A stretch of DNA of 64,000 nucleotides from Escherichia coli (lineage in GTDB: Bacteria > Pseudomonadota > Gammaproteobacteria > Enterobacterales > Enterobacteriaceae): assembly GCF_024502345.1 (NCBI RefSeq), contig NZ_JALDNN010000001.1. One strand, 5' to 3'. Numbering within the stretch: the first letter of the stretch is position 1; each line of letters starts with the position of its first letter. The notes under the pieces are model-generated. The model was not told the origin of the DNA, did not search any database, and worked only from the letters and a program-made list of their open reading frames with translations. This document shows, one piece after another, positions 63,933-64,000 of this stretch. The position numbers and the translations under genes are program-made.

Positions 63933-64000
63933 GGCTTTGTTGAATAAATCGAACTTTTGCTGAGTTGAAGGATCAGATCACGTATCTTCCCGACAACGCA
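63933..64000 (+). mobile_element. IS903-group insertion sequence, copy 2 (partial, runs off window), inverted relative to copy 1
   Basis: 63933-64000 is the exact reverse complement of 61314-61381 (the transposase-proximal end of copy 1). Confidence 0.85.

Overview
Enterobacterial (Escherichia coli / Shigella-type) chromosome segment, read as the reverse complement of the usual K-12 orientation. Gene identities come from reading the supplied ORF translations against protein families I recognise from memory; no database search was run. From 1 to about 57 kb the window is syntenic core genome: hycG(partial)-hycH-hycI, ascBFG, hydN-hypF, norWV/norR, gutQ-srlR-gutM-srlDBEA, mltB, pncC, recA-recX, alaS, csrA, the serV-argV-argY-argZ-argQ tRNA array, yqaBA, gshA, MicA sRNA, luxS, emrBA-mprA, ygaHZ, ygaY, proXWV, nrdFEIH, ygaM, ygaC, alaE, stpA, ygaP, ygaV, yqaE, kbp, csiR, gabPTD, lhgO, csiD. 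Differences from what I recall of K-12: nrdE is split by an IS2-group insertion sequence (41218-42552), the recA-recX spacer is about 175 bp longer and carries a GC-rich miniature repeat, and ygaY appears intact. The last 7 kb (57.3-64 kb) is an accessory mosaic: an AT-rich GH13-like ygaQ truncated by IS3, an IS903-group copy, a 3-prime remnant of a P4-type integrase, an AT-rich orphan 569-aa ORF (62063-63772) with no family I can assign, a second distinct integrase remnant, and a second inverted IS903 copy running off the window. The 569-aa ORF, sitting between the inverted IS903 copies in a Tn903-like arrangement, is the best candidate for an undescribed accessory (possibly defence or abortive-infection) function. 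All coordinates were derived by hand from the sequence and ORF track; start codons marked as adjusted rest on recalled K-12 protein N-termini.
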